Origin: Bdellovibrionales bacterium | Lineage (GTDB): Bacteria; Bdellovibrionota; Bdellovibrionia; Bdellovibrionales; UBA1609 | DNA length: 64,000 bases | NCBI GenBank assembly: GCA_041690295.1 | Contig: JAWLHR010000001.1 | Coordinates: 128,001-192,000, forward strand | Direction of reading: 5' to 3' | Part shown: positions 1 through 9,152 of the stretch, in pieces | Numbering within the stretch: position 1 is the first letter of the stretch | Layout of the letters: each line of letters opens with the position of its first letter | The notes under the pieces: model-generated | What the model was told of the DNA's origin: nothing | The model's database searches: none | What the model saw: the letters and a program-made list of their open reading frames with translations, nothing else | Made by a program: the position numbers and the translations under genes

Positions 1-206
1 ACACGTTCTTCATGAAATTCCCAATTGATTTGATTTTTCTCGATCGTGATCTGGTGGTTCGCAAAACCTTCAAGCACGTGAATCCCGGCCGGTTGATCTG
101 GCCGGTGTGGAGCGCTTCCAGTGTGATCGAATTGCAAGCCGGCTTTTTGGACAAAAACCCGATTAGGGTGGGTGAAAAACTGCATGTGGATTCTGCGCTT
201 TCTTAA
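1..206 (+). CDS. DUF192 family protein (5' partial)
   Basis: HTFFMKFPIDLIFLD...VIELQAG matches the DUF192 C-terminal signature; ORF runs off the window start. Confidence 0.8.
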   Translation, partial: TFFMKFPIDLIFLDRDLVVRKTFKHVNPGRLIWPVWSASSVIELQAGFLDKNPIRVGEKLHVDSALS

Positions 207-1800
207 CGGCCCGATGGCCGGACAGGTTATTCCCCTCACCAAGCACTCAACGCTGCTTGGCCGCGCGCCCACGTGCGACATCAAAATTCCCAGCGCGAAC
301 ATTTCCAAGGAACACACGCGCATCGAAGTTTTTGATGACAAGCTCATCATTACCGATTCGGGTTCGCGCAACGGCACCTTCCTGAACGGAATCCAGATCC
401 GCTCCAGCAAAGCCAAAAGCGGTGACCGCGTGGCGATTCACGATATCTTTTTCGACGTCCATAAGGTTCCTGACAATTGGGCCCAGCGCTTCAACCCCAA
501 CGCGCAACCCATGTTCCCCCCGCCCACTTATGGCCAAGTGGCTTATCAACCAATGCCGCAACCGTCTTCCGATGGCATTCCCCAAGCGGACGTCGGCGGG
601 GTTCCCATGGAGGAGCTATTGCAAAGCCGGTTGCCGCAGTGGATGAGCGGCGCCCAGCGGTACATGGAGTCGGTTGTTCTTCCCGGTGTTTACAAACTGC
701 CGGAGCTCTTTGAATTCAAGTGGGTGCTCGCGGGATTCATGGCCGGCTTCATCATTCTCGTGACCAGTCTTTCCACCATTCCCCTGGTGCAAATTCTGAA
801 AGTCAGCATCGAAGAGGAGAGCCAACAACACGCGCTCACCATCGCCACCACTTTGGCGCGAATCAACCGGCCGTTCCTGGTGAACGGTCAGGAAACCGGC
901 GCGTCCATTGAAGTGGCCACCAGCCGGCCCGGTGTGACCAAGGCCTACATCATTTCGAATGTCGATGGGAACATCATCGCGCCGGCCACACAGGCGGGTT
1001 CCTTTCCCGATCTCCCCTATGTCCATGAAGGCCGCAAAGCCAATAAGGAATCGGTCCGTCAGGTGGATGACAACACGGTCGTCGCCTTGGTTCCGATTCA
1101 TGTTTACAATCAGGAAACCGGCGCTCAAACCATCACCCATTGGGCGGTGGTGTTTTATGACATGAGCGCGTTGGCGGTCGATAACGGGCGCGTTCTCTCG
1201 CTCTTCATCACCACGCTGTTTATTTCTCTCTTGCTCGGATTTATTCTCTTTTATTTCTTGTACAAAACCGTCGAGTATCCCATTCGCAGCATCAATCGCC
1301 AACTCGATATGGCGCTCAAGGAAGGCCTCGACACAATCCAGGTCACATACCGGTTCCCCGCCATGCAGCTTCTGGCGAGCAACGTTTCGAGCGCGTTGAA
1401 CCGTATTCTATCCGGCGCGGAAAACGCCAATGCCAGAGTTTTGGAACACGACCGTAACCGTGAGGTCACCAATCTGGTCGAGTTGATCGGTTTCGCGGCG
1501 ATTGGCATACATGCCCACGATCTTTCCATCGCGGCGGTCAATCAGGCGTTCGAAGCGCGCATCGGATTGCCGGCGTCGACACTGACCACAATGAATGTGA
1601 ACGAGATCAATGATCAGGCGCTCAAATTAAGCATCAAGGATTTGATCGAGCGGGTCGATCAGGCCCCCGACGACTTGGCCACCAACGAACTGGAATTCAG
1701 CGGACTGAATTTTCAGATCGTCGCCCAGGCCGTCTACGGCACAAGTAAGATCGCTTACTACCTGATCGTGCTCATCCCGATGCAGGAAGGTGAGGAATGA
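184..1800 (+). CDS. FHA-domain membrane protein (FHA, Pro/Gln linker, 2 TM flanking a periplasmic domain, HAMP/PAS-like tail)
   Basis: LGRAPTCD..ISKEH..SRNGT FHA motifs; two hydrophobic segments; ATG 184 preferred over 172. Confidence 0.8.
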   Translation: MWILRFLNGPMAGQVIPLTKHSTLLGRAPTCDIKIPSANISKEHTRIEVFDDKLIITDSGSRNGTFLNGIQIRSSKAKSGDRVAIHDIFFDVHKVPDNWAQRFNPNAQPMFPPPTYGQVAYQPMPQPSSDGIPQADVGGVPMEELLQSRLPQWMSGAQRYMESVVLPGVYKLPELFEFKWVLAGFMAGFIILVTSLSTIPLVQILKVSIEEESQQHALTIATTLARINRPFLVNGQETGASIEVATSRPGVTKAYIISNVDGNIIAPATQAGSFPDLPYVHEGRKANKESVRQVDDNTVVALVPIHVYNQETGAQTITHWAVVFYDMSALAVDNGRVLSLFITTLFISLLLGFILFYFLYKTVEYPIRSINRQLDMALKEGLDTIQVTYRFPAMQLLASNVSSALNRILSGAENANARVLEHDRNREVTNLVELIGFAAIGIHAHDLSIAAVNQAFEARIGLPASTLTTMNVNEINDQALKLSIKDLIERVDQAPDDLATNELEFSGLNFQIVAQAVYGTSKIAYYLIVLIPMQEGEE

Positions 1801-2777
1801 GCACCGCCCTCGCCTATTCCAACATCCATGAAACGCGCTGGACCATACTGAATGGGCCCCATAAAGGCGTGGTGCGGACTCTACAGCTGACCCAGTTCAC
1901 CATCGGACGCAGTACGGATTGTGATTTCGTCATTCAAAACGATCCCAAATGCAGCCGCAAGCATGCCTCCGTTCAGTTGACTCCATATGGATTTGAAATC
2001 ATCGCGCACAACGAAAACAATCCGGTTTTCGTGAATGGCAAGGAGTGCGTCCGCGCCCACCTGCAAGACGGAGCGCGAGTGACCTTGGGCGAAACGGAAC
2101 TCCAATTCAACTGGCAGCCCCCCAATATGCCCGCGGCCCAGCCGGGCGGCAGGCCCATGCCATCGGCGGCTTATCCTCAGGCCGCCGCTTATCCGCAAGC
2201 GCCCTATGCGGCCCAAAGAAGCCGGGCCCGCCGGCCGCGCAAGACAGGCAATCCGATCCGCTGGGTCTTGTTGGCCGTCATCGGACTTCTGGTGTGGCTT
2301 GTGCTTTCGCCCAGAAACGACAAACCTAAAGGCATCGATCTGAGAACGGAAAAGCAAATCGAAGCGGATATCGAAGCCGCCACCAAACTCAAGCAAGCGG
2401 CGGAAGCCTCGGCACAGAAGAAACTCGACCAATCGGTGACCGGCAAGCAAGCGCAGGAAAATTACGTTCGCGGTTTTCGTGATTATCAAAAAGGACAGTA
2501 TGAACGATCCATAGTCAGCTTTCAGGCCTGTCTGGCCCTGGATCCCCATCACGTGCTTTGCAATCGTTACATCCGTCTCGCTCAACGTCGGTTCAATGAA
2601 TTGATTCAATACGAAATGGTACTTGGGAAAAGATACCGCGACCAAGGTCAGTACCAAGCCTGCATGGCCGCTTTTAAGAATGTAATCTATATGGTGAAGG
2701 ACGCGAACAATCCGACTTACAAAGAAGCCAAGGTCAACTACGACGCCTGCCAATCGTTCGTGGAGGGACGCTTCTAG
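1797..2777 (+). CDS. FHA-domain, single-TM, TPR-like protein
   Basis: IGRSTDCD..SRKH FHA; TM WVLLAVIGLLVWLVL; TPR-like YVRGFRDYQKGQYERSIVSFQACLALDP; ATGA overlap with upstream gene. Confidence 0.8.
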   Translation: MSTALAYSNIHETRWTILNGPHKGVVRTLQLTQFTIGRSTDCDFVIQNDPKCSRKHASVQLTPYGFEIIAHNENNPVFVNGKECVRAHLQDGARVTLGETELQFNWQPPNMPAAQPGGRPMPSAAYPQAAAYPQAPYAAQRSRARRPRKTGNPIRWVLLAVIGLLVWLVLSPRNDKPKGIDLRTEKQIEADIEAATKLKQAAEASAQKKLDQSVTGKQAQENYVRGFRDYQKGQYERSIVSFQACLALDPHHVLCNRYIRLAQRRFNELIQYEMVLGKRYRDQGQYQACMAAFKNVIYMVKDANNPTYKEAKVNYDACQSFVEGRF

Positions 2778-4757
2778 ATGTCAAAGCTGGTGGTTAAACT
2801 TCATGGCCAAGAAATCGCCAACCTGACTCTCGAGTCGGGCATGGAGTATATCGCCGGTCGCGCGGCGGACGCCCATATCCGTCTAGGTGAGGAGCGCGGC
2901 ATCTCGCGCCACCATTTGAAATTCGTCGAGCGTGACGGACTCTGGATTTGTGAATGCCTCTCGAAATTTTTATTGATGCAAGTTGGGACCGAAGCGGTGG
3001 AAATCATCGAATTGAATTCCACCATGGTCTTCACTTTGCCGCCCTACGAATTCTACTTCGAACCGGAGATTCAGCCCGAGGCGCCGGCGCCGGAGGTTGA
3101 AACCGAGGAGCCGATTAAGAATCCGCCGGCCGCCTTCGTTCAGCAGCCGCAACAACGGCCCCAGCCGCGGGTGGACGAACCCGTTCCCGAGGACACCTCG
3201 CCCAAGGTCAACAACGAGGCCACGGTGGCCGGGCAGTCGATGCTCGTGCCCTATCTCCGCGTTTGCTACCCCAATACGGCCGACGACGAAGTCTTAAAAC
3301 TCGAAGGTCATCTATGGGTGGCGGGCCGCGATCAAGATTGCGAAATCGTGGTTGAGAGCCCTCACATCAGCCGCAAACACTTTGAACTGGCCAGAATCAA
3401 AGAAGGCTTTTTCGTCACCGATCTGGGAAGTTCCAACGGCACCAAGATCAATGGTCAAAAGCTCACGCCGCACGAACCGATGGAGTTGCTCAGCGGCGAC
3501 GAAATTCAAATCATGAATGTCCGGATGATTTTCGAGATCCGGGATATCCACTTCAACCAGCGGGTTGAATCTCTCCCGGTTCCCGCCTTTGATCCCATGC
3601 TCGCGCTCCCGCCGGTGCAATGGTATCCGCCGCCCGACGCGATGGTGATGATGCCGCCGGTGTATCCCGAACCGCCGCCTCCCGAACCCACGGGTTGGGA
3701 GAAGCTCAAGAAAAACAAAGTTCGCCTGGCGCTCATGGCTTTGATTCCCGTTCTATTGATCGGTCTGTTGTTGGAACCGAAGCCGCAGCCACCGGAACGC
3801 GATCCGGCCACGGCCACGACCAGTATTTCGTTCGACAATCTGAAGCCGGAGCAAAAAAGCGTGGTGAAGGACTCGTTTGTTTTGGCTCGAAACCTTTACG
3901 TTCAGGGGAAATACGCTTTATGTCTCGCGGAACTGGCGAAGGTTCACGATCTGATTCCCCAGTTTGAAAATTCCAAGGAACTGCAATCATTTTGTGAACA
4001 GGGATTGGAACTGGTCCGCCGTCAGGAAGATCTGGACCGCAAAGAACGTGAACGCGCCTGGATCGAACAGCAGATCAGCAACTTCGTTGAAGGATGTAAA
4101 ACCAAGTTGAAAGGTGACGCCACGGTGGATGAAACCCGCGCTTGTTTGGCCGAGGCCATCGTACTCTCACCCGAACATCCGTTGGTCATTGAAATGATCC
4201 ATACGGCGCAAATGAAAGAAGAGGAACGCAAGTTCCTCAGCAAACAACGCCAGGCCGAAGAGGCGCGTCGCCAAAAGGGCCTGGCCCACTACGATAAAGC
4301 CTTGCAACTTTATACCAGCGGTCGTCTGGCCGCCTCCATCGCCGAGTTGGAAAAATTCATCCGCACCTCGTATCCGCGCCTGGCCGACAAAAAAGAAGAA
4401 GCCAAGCGGAAGTTGGCTTCGATCGAGCAGGAGTTGAAAACCAAGGTGAATTTCCTGCTCGAACAATGCCGCACATTGGGCGACAAGAACCGTTACAAAG
4501 AGGCGTACACGTCCTGCCACAAAGCGGTTCAGGAAGATCCCAAGAACGCCGACGCTAAAAGCCTGCGCGACAAGATGAAGAACGATCTGAAGCGCGAAAT
4601 GAAAACGATCTACGAAGATAGCGTGCTTGAGGAAAGCCTCGGCAATGTGGACAGCGCCAAAGAAAAATGGCGCAAAATCATGGCCGAGGACATTAAAGAC
4701 GGCGAATACTACAATAAAGCCAAAGTTAAATTGCGCAAGTACGGAGTGGGCCTGTGA
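2778..4757 (+). CDS. Double-FHA, single-TM, TPR-like protein
   Basis: AGRAADA..ISRHH and AGRDQDC..ISRKH..SSNGT FHA domains; TM LALMALIPVLLIGLLL; helical TPR-like C-terminus. Confidence 0.8.
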   Translation: MSKLVVKLHGQEIANLTLESGMEYIAGRAADAHIRLGEERGISRHHLKFVERDGLWICECLSKFLLMQVGTEAVEIIELNSTMVFTLPPYEFYFEPEIQPEAPAPEVETEEPIKNPPAAFVQQPQQRPQPRVDEPVPEDTSPKVNNEATVAGQSMLVPYLRVCYPNTADDEVLKLEGHLWVAGRDQDCEIVVESPHISRKHFELARIKEGFFVTDLGSSNGTKINGQKLTPHEPMELLSGDEIQIMNVRMIFEIRDIHFNQRVESLPVPAFDPMLALPPVQWYPPPDAMVMMPPVYPEPPPPEPTGWEKLKKNKVRLALMALIPVLLIGLLLEPKPQPPERDPATATTSISFDNLKPEQKSVVKDSFVLARNLYVQGKYALCLAELAKVHDLIPQFENSKELQSFCEQGLELVRRQEDLDRKERERAWIEQQISNFVEGCKTKLKGDATVDETRACLAEAIVLSPEHPLVIEMIHTAQMKEEERKFLSKQRQAEEARRQKGLAHYDKALQLYTSGRLAASIAELEKFIRTSYPRLADKKEEAKRKLASIEQELKTKVNFLLEQCRTLGDKNRYKEAYTSCHKAVQEDPKNADAKSLRDKMKNDLKREMKTIYEDSVLEESLGNVDSAKEKWRKIMAEDIKDGEYYNKAKVKLRKYGVGL

Positions 4758-5440
4758 ACGTGGATGAACGATCGTACGCGGGACGACAGTTCCGGCCCAA
4801 ACCCGAATTCCATTTTGAAGAGGACGGCTCGTTCGGCGTGATCGCCACGCCATGGGGACCGCGGGTCGGCGCCAAGCGCGCGATCGAAACCATTCGCGAT
4901 TATGTGCTTTCATCGCGCCAGGACATGGAAGCCACATCCCCTTTTCAAAAGCTCACTTGCCTTTCGCCGCTGGCGAACACTCTGCGCGTGGGCGTGATGC
5001 TCGCCAACGATTCGCTCTATCGCGAAGAAAACAAATCCGAGTACGTTTGCGGCGTCGAACTTCTGGTCTTCGCGCACCAATTGGGCGAGCTGGCGTTCGC
5101 ACAGGTCGGTCAGCCGAATTTTTTTCTGGCCCGCAAAGACATGCCCTGGATTCCGCTCAGTTTGCAAGCCGACCTGGCCACCGAACTCAGTCAACCTCCC
5201 GAACTTCTCGCGCCACTTCCGCAAAATGTCATCGGACTTCACACCACGACCAACCTCAACGTGGGAAGTTTCAAAACGCAACCCGGCGATCGACTCGTGT
5301 TTCTCAGTCACTCGTTGATTTCACATCCGCTGTACACGTTACCTTTCGAACAGACCACGCTTGACCAGATCAGCGAATCGCTCGCGAAAAAATATCCCGA
5401 CCAACCCTTTTGGCTGGGTGTCGTCCCGGTCCAGAGTTGA
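4754..5440 (+). CDS. Degenerate PP2C/PPM-like protein
   Basis: FAQVGQ, PQNVIG and PGDRLVFLSHS align with PP2C motifs (NVGDSR, ITRxVG, LLCSDG) but lack the Asp ligands; GTGA overlap. Confidence 0.55.
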   Translation: MNVDERSYAGRQFRPKPEFHFEEDGSFGVIATPWGPRVGAKRAIETIRDYVLSSRQDMEATSPFQKLTCLSPLANTLRVGVMLANDSLYREENKSEYVCGVELLVFAHQLGELAFAQVGQPNFFLARKDMPWIPLSLQADLATELSQPPELLAPLPQNVIGLHTTTNLNVGSFKTQPGDRLVFLSHSLISHPLYTLPFEQTTLDQISESLAKKYPDQPFWLGVVPVQS

Positions 5441-5471
5441 AATCCAACGGCCGGAGGCGGATAATTGGTGT

Positions 5472-6230
5472 ATGGATATCGTCTACGGTCCGCATGTTTC
5501 CCAACGTTACGGCACCACACTAGGAATCAATTTACTCGGGAATGAAAAGGTTTGTTCCTATAATTGCGTTTATTGCAGCCTCGGACCGACTTCGCTCACG
5601 ATGAACAAAATGCGTAAGGACTATAAGTTCCCGACTTTGGACGAGGTCCGCACCGCCTTTCGCGAGTACATCCGCAAATCGGTGCCCATGGAGGCGGTGG
5701 TGGTTTCGGGAAACGGCGAGCCGACCCTTCATCCGGAATTCGACGAAGCCATGCGCATGATCATGCAATTGCGCGATGAACACCTTCCCGGCCGCCAGGT
5801 GGTCGTGCTTTCCAACGGCGCTCATCTTGAAAGCAAGAAAGTGGTGGCCGGCCTGAATCTCTGTGACGAACGCGTGATCAAAGTGGACGCGGGCAATGAT
5901 CTTCTCATGCAAAAAACCAATGACCCGCTCATTCGGATCAACATGGCGAAGTTTCTTAACGGCATCAGGCGTCTGGGCGATTGCACCATCCAATCGATGT
6001 TCTTTACCGGCGCGCTGGATAACACCCAAGCCGAGGCCATCGAAGAATGGATCGAAGTGATCGGCATGATCAAACCAAAGGCGGTGCAAATCTGTACCCT
6101 GAGCCGGCCGTCGAACACCAATGCCGATATCAAAGCGGTGGATGAAGACACCCTTTACGCCATCGCCTTCAAACTTAAAAAACGAACCAATTTGGAAGCC
6201 AACGTCTACTGCCTGCCTCAGGCCGGATGA
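5472..6230 (+). CDS. Radical SAM protein
   Basis: CSYNCVYC, SGNGEPTLHP, N-terminal IVYGP..S.RYG.TLGINL. Confidence 0.9.
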   Translation: MDIVYGPHVSQRYGTTLGINLLGNEKVCSYNCVYCSLGPTSLTMNKMRKDYKFPTLDEVRTAFREYIRKSVPMEAVVVSGNGEPTLHPEFDEAMRMIMQLRDEHLPGRQVVVLSNGAHLESKKVVAGLNLCDERVIKVDAGNDLLMQKTNDPLIRINMAKFLNGIRRLGDCTIQSMFFTGALDNTQAEAIEEWIEVIGMIKPKAVQICTLSRPSNTNADIKAVDEDTLYAIAFKLKKRTNLEANVYCLPQAG

Positions 6231-6239
6231 GGTCTGAGA

Positions 6240-8009
6240 CTAATGCACGATCTTGGGTAACTTTCGCGCGAGCGGTTCAAATTCCTTGAGAGTTAAAAGA
6301 TAATCGGAAATTTCGGGCGCCAGCGGCCACTCGCGATCGACATCCCAGCGCAATCCGTTGAGATAATTCTGACGGCCCAATTCCTGATCCAACGCGGTTT
6401 GAATATAAGCGCGGGTGAACCGGTCTTGCGCGCGCAATCGATCTTCCTCGCGGTCGGCCGTACGCCAGGAATGAAGCGCCAACACCTTTTCATCTTCACA
6501 CTCGGACACCGCGCTCATCTTCTGCTTCGCCGATCCCAGAATCAAGCGGACGCACGAATTCCTCGGTAGCGGCAGCGACTCACCCATATGTTTAGCGGCC
6601 ACATAGGCGGCGACCGGCTCACCCATGTCTTGCGCAAGCGTCTTTAACTGGCGCCACTCACGAGCCATGAGCGCGTGCCTGAGATACCACTTGCTCCAGG
6701 GTTCATCACCTTCGGGCCGGCGGTGCGTGCGACCCTCGCGCCAAATTTCCTTGGCGACGTTCAATTGCTCCGGCCAGTAGGACGATAGCCCTTCGAACGG
6801 CCGCACTTTCGCCTTCTCCAGCAAACTCACAACATCGCCGTTCAAGGATGTCCAAAGCGGATCCGATGGTTTGAGCGGCATGTTTTCCAGTTTATCGGTC
6901 AAGGTATTGAAAATCAAAGGAACGCGGTCATGAATATATAAAAATTGTTTTTGCCGAAGAGCCCAACGAACACCCGCGCCCTCCAGCCAATCCGGCCAGG
7001 CCGATTCGCTGAGAATGATCCGGTTTTCATTCCAGCTGGGCTCGGGGCTGGCCAGCGCCGAAATCAAACTCTTCGGTTGAAGTTCCGCCAGAGACGTGGC
7101 CGGCGGTTCCGTTTTCAACCAATCAAATATCGTGTGACTGACGTCGACCAGCGACACGTTCCGATCGACCGCCCAATGCAAGGGCGCATCCCGTTCGCGC
7201 CGGGCCGGTTTAATGAACAACGCCACTTGTGTCCCGCTGGATTTTAAGTTCAACGGTAAAGGTTCGCCCGGCGCCATGGACTTATCCAATGAGTTCAGTC
7301 CGGCCAATACCACATGGGTTTGATTCCATTTGCGTCGTTTCTTTAAAGTGGCGGCCAAAGAGGCCAGCGACTCCAGAACCTCTTCAACCTGACTCGTAAA
7401 GCTCTTGTCACGAACTTCGCCGTCATTGGTTTCCGTCTGTACGAACGGAAACTGAAGGTCCGCCAAGTACAGGACAACGAAGGTGGGTCGACGATCGCCA
7501 TTTTGATCCAGCCAGGACAGCGCGATGTCAACCACCTCTTTGGCGGGTCGATAAGGCGCCACCGGATTCACGTCAGCCGAGTCCTCGAAAACTTCAAAGC
7601 CCTGGGCCAGACCCGATTTGCGCCAGATCGGCGGCCCGCCGGAGATGAAAAGGGTTCCATACCGTTTGCTTGAAGCCACTTCGCTTAAGGTGCGAAACCG
7701 TGCCGATAGGAAATCGGAGCCATTGGTTCTGACCCCGTGATCCAAGGGATACAACCCGGTCAAAAGCGAGGCCAGCGCCGCCTGGCTCATGGTGGATGGC
7801 GTATAGGCGTGTGTAAAGCGGACCGACTCCCGGCAGAAGGTGCGAAGCCCCTCGGACTTCATGTCCCCCAGTTCCTCGGCCTCGCAATTCATCGAGTTAA
7901 ACGTCAAACCCTCCACCGCTATAAGCAAGACGGACGGGTCCTTTTTGCGCGTGAACTCGCATCCCCCAAGGGTAGGGACGATGGCGATGAGCCCCATCAA
8001 CCACCACAT
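6240..8009 (-). CDS. Sulfatase/alkaline-phosphatase superfamily lipoprotein (degenerate active site)
   Basis: Lipobox-like LGGC; FTHAYTPSTMSQAALASLLTGLYPLDHG; GLAQGF; VSLVDV. Confidence 0.75.
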   Translation of the reverse strand: MWWLMGLIAIVPTLGGCEFTRKKDPSVLLIAVEGLTFNSMNCEAEELGDMKSEGLRTFCRESVRFTHAYTPSTMSQAALASLLTGLYPLDHGVRTNGSDFLSARFRTLSEVASSKRYGTLFISGGPPIWRKSGLAQGFEVFEDSADVNPVAPYRPAKEVVDIALSWLDQNGDRRPTFVVLYLADLQFPFVQTETNDGEVRDKSFTSQVEEVLESLASLAATLKKRRKWNQTHVVLAGLNSLDKSMAPGEPLPLNLKSSGTQVALFIKPARRERDAPLHWAVDRNVSLVDVSHTIFDWLKTEPPATSLAELQPKSLISALASPEPSWNENRIILSESAWPDWLEGAGVRWALRQKQFLYIHDRVPLIFNTLTDKLENMPLKPSDPLWTSLNGDVVSLLEKAKVRPFEGLSSYWPEQLNVAKEIWREGRTHRRPEGDEPWSKWYLRHALMAREWRQLKTLAQDMGEPVAAYVAAKHMGESLPLPRNSCVRLILGSAKQKMSAVSECEDEKVLALHSWRTADREEDRLRAQDRFTRAYIQTALDQELGRQNYLNGLRWDVDREWPLAPEISDYLLTLKEFEPLARKLPKIVH

Positions 8010-8059
8010 AACTTGACCATTTCTAGCCGCGATAGAGATAATTCCCTCCTGGAGGTCCC

Positions 8060-8689
8060 ATGACCGAAAACTTCTTCGCCATCGCCCAGGTCGCCCATAA
8101 TATCACGCTCTGGCTACTCATCTTACTCAGCATATTGTCTGTCGCGTTCATACTCGAACGATTTTTTACGCTGGGTCGCGTCCGCAAAAGCAGCTTGAAA
8201 ATTTCCGATGAACTTCGGGAGCTTTTGCAGACCAATAATCTGGCCGAGCTGGAAACCCTGAGCAAAGACCGGCAAACCCTTGAAGGACGTGCGTTATCGT
8301 ATGGTCTGCGACACATTCGTGAGCGCGGCGTGGACGGCCTTGAGGAAATTTTCAGTTCTTTTGCTTCCATGGAGCGGCCGCCGCTGGAGCGCTACCTTGG
8401 CTTTTTAGCCACAGTGGGATCCAATGCGCCGTTCATCGGCCTGCTTGGAACTGTTTTCGGCGTGATGGACGCGTTCCGCGGACTGGCCACTTCGCAGGGT
8501 GACGCGGCGGCGGTGATGATGGGGATTTCACAAGCGCTGGTGGCGACGGCGATCGGTTTGATCGTGGCGATCCCCGCGGTCATTGCCTACAACTATTTTC
8601 AGAAACAAGTGAAGGGCATTCTTCTCAACTTAAACAGCGTGCGTGATTTGTGTTTGGCTTACGCCAAATCCAATCCCAAAAAGGTATAA
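8060..8689 (+). CDS. MotA/TolQ/ExbB proton-channel protein
   Basis: LATVGSNAPFIGLLGTV and GISQALVATAIGLIVAIPA motifs; GGAGG RBS. Confidence 0.93.
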   Translation: MTENFFAIAQVAHNITLWLLILLSILSVAFILERFFTLGRVRKSSLKISDELRELLQTNNLAELETLSKDRQTLEGRALSYGLRHIRERGVDGLEEIFSSFASMERPPLERYLGFLATVGSNAPFIGLLGTVFGVMDAFRGLATSQGDAAAVMMGISQALVATAIGLIVAIPAVIAYNYFQKQVKGILLNLNSVRDLCLAYAKSNPKKV

Positions 8690-8692
8690 TGA

Positions 8693-9100
8693 ATGGCCAG
8701 TAAAATCGCCGGCGAAGATGACGAACCCATAGCGGACATTAACATAGTTCCGTTCGTCGACATTATCCTGGTGGTTCTGATCATTTTCATGGTCACAACC
8801 CCGCTGATCATGAAGCCGTCCATCAATGTGAATCTTCCCAAAGCCGGAAGCGGTGATGAAACCACTCCCTCGGAACTTTCCATTGGAATTTTGGCGGATG
8901 GATCTCTGACCCTTAACGGGCAACCAACGGATGAGGCGGCGATCACCAGCTATTCACAAGAAATGGCCGCCAAGCGGCCGGATGTTCAGGCTATCGTTTC
9001 CGCCGATAAAGATGTGCCCCACGGACGCGTGGTGAGTATCATTGACGCGGTCAAAACGGGTGGCGTGAAACGCTTCGCCATCACCATCGACAAAAAGTAA
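8693..9100 (+). CDS. ExbD/TolR family protein
   Basis: INIVPFVDIILVVLIIFMVT, ADKDVPHG. Confidence 0.93.
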   Translation: MASKIAGEDDEPIADINIVPFVDIILVVLIIFMVTTPLIMKPSINVNLPKAGSGDETTPSELSIGILADGSLTLNGQPTDEAAITSYSQEMAAKRPDVQAIVSADKDVPHGRVVSIIDAVKTGGVKRFAITIDKK

Positions 9101-9152
9101 GCCGCAGAGGGCGGCCAGATGCTTTGCATCCTGATTCGGAACGGCCTACCTT

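Noticed and set aside
2165..2215. AAYPQ-AAAYPQ-APY short repeat
   Set aside because: Low-complexity linker; degenerate at DNA level, not an array
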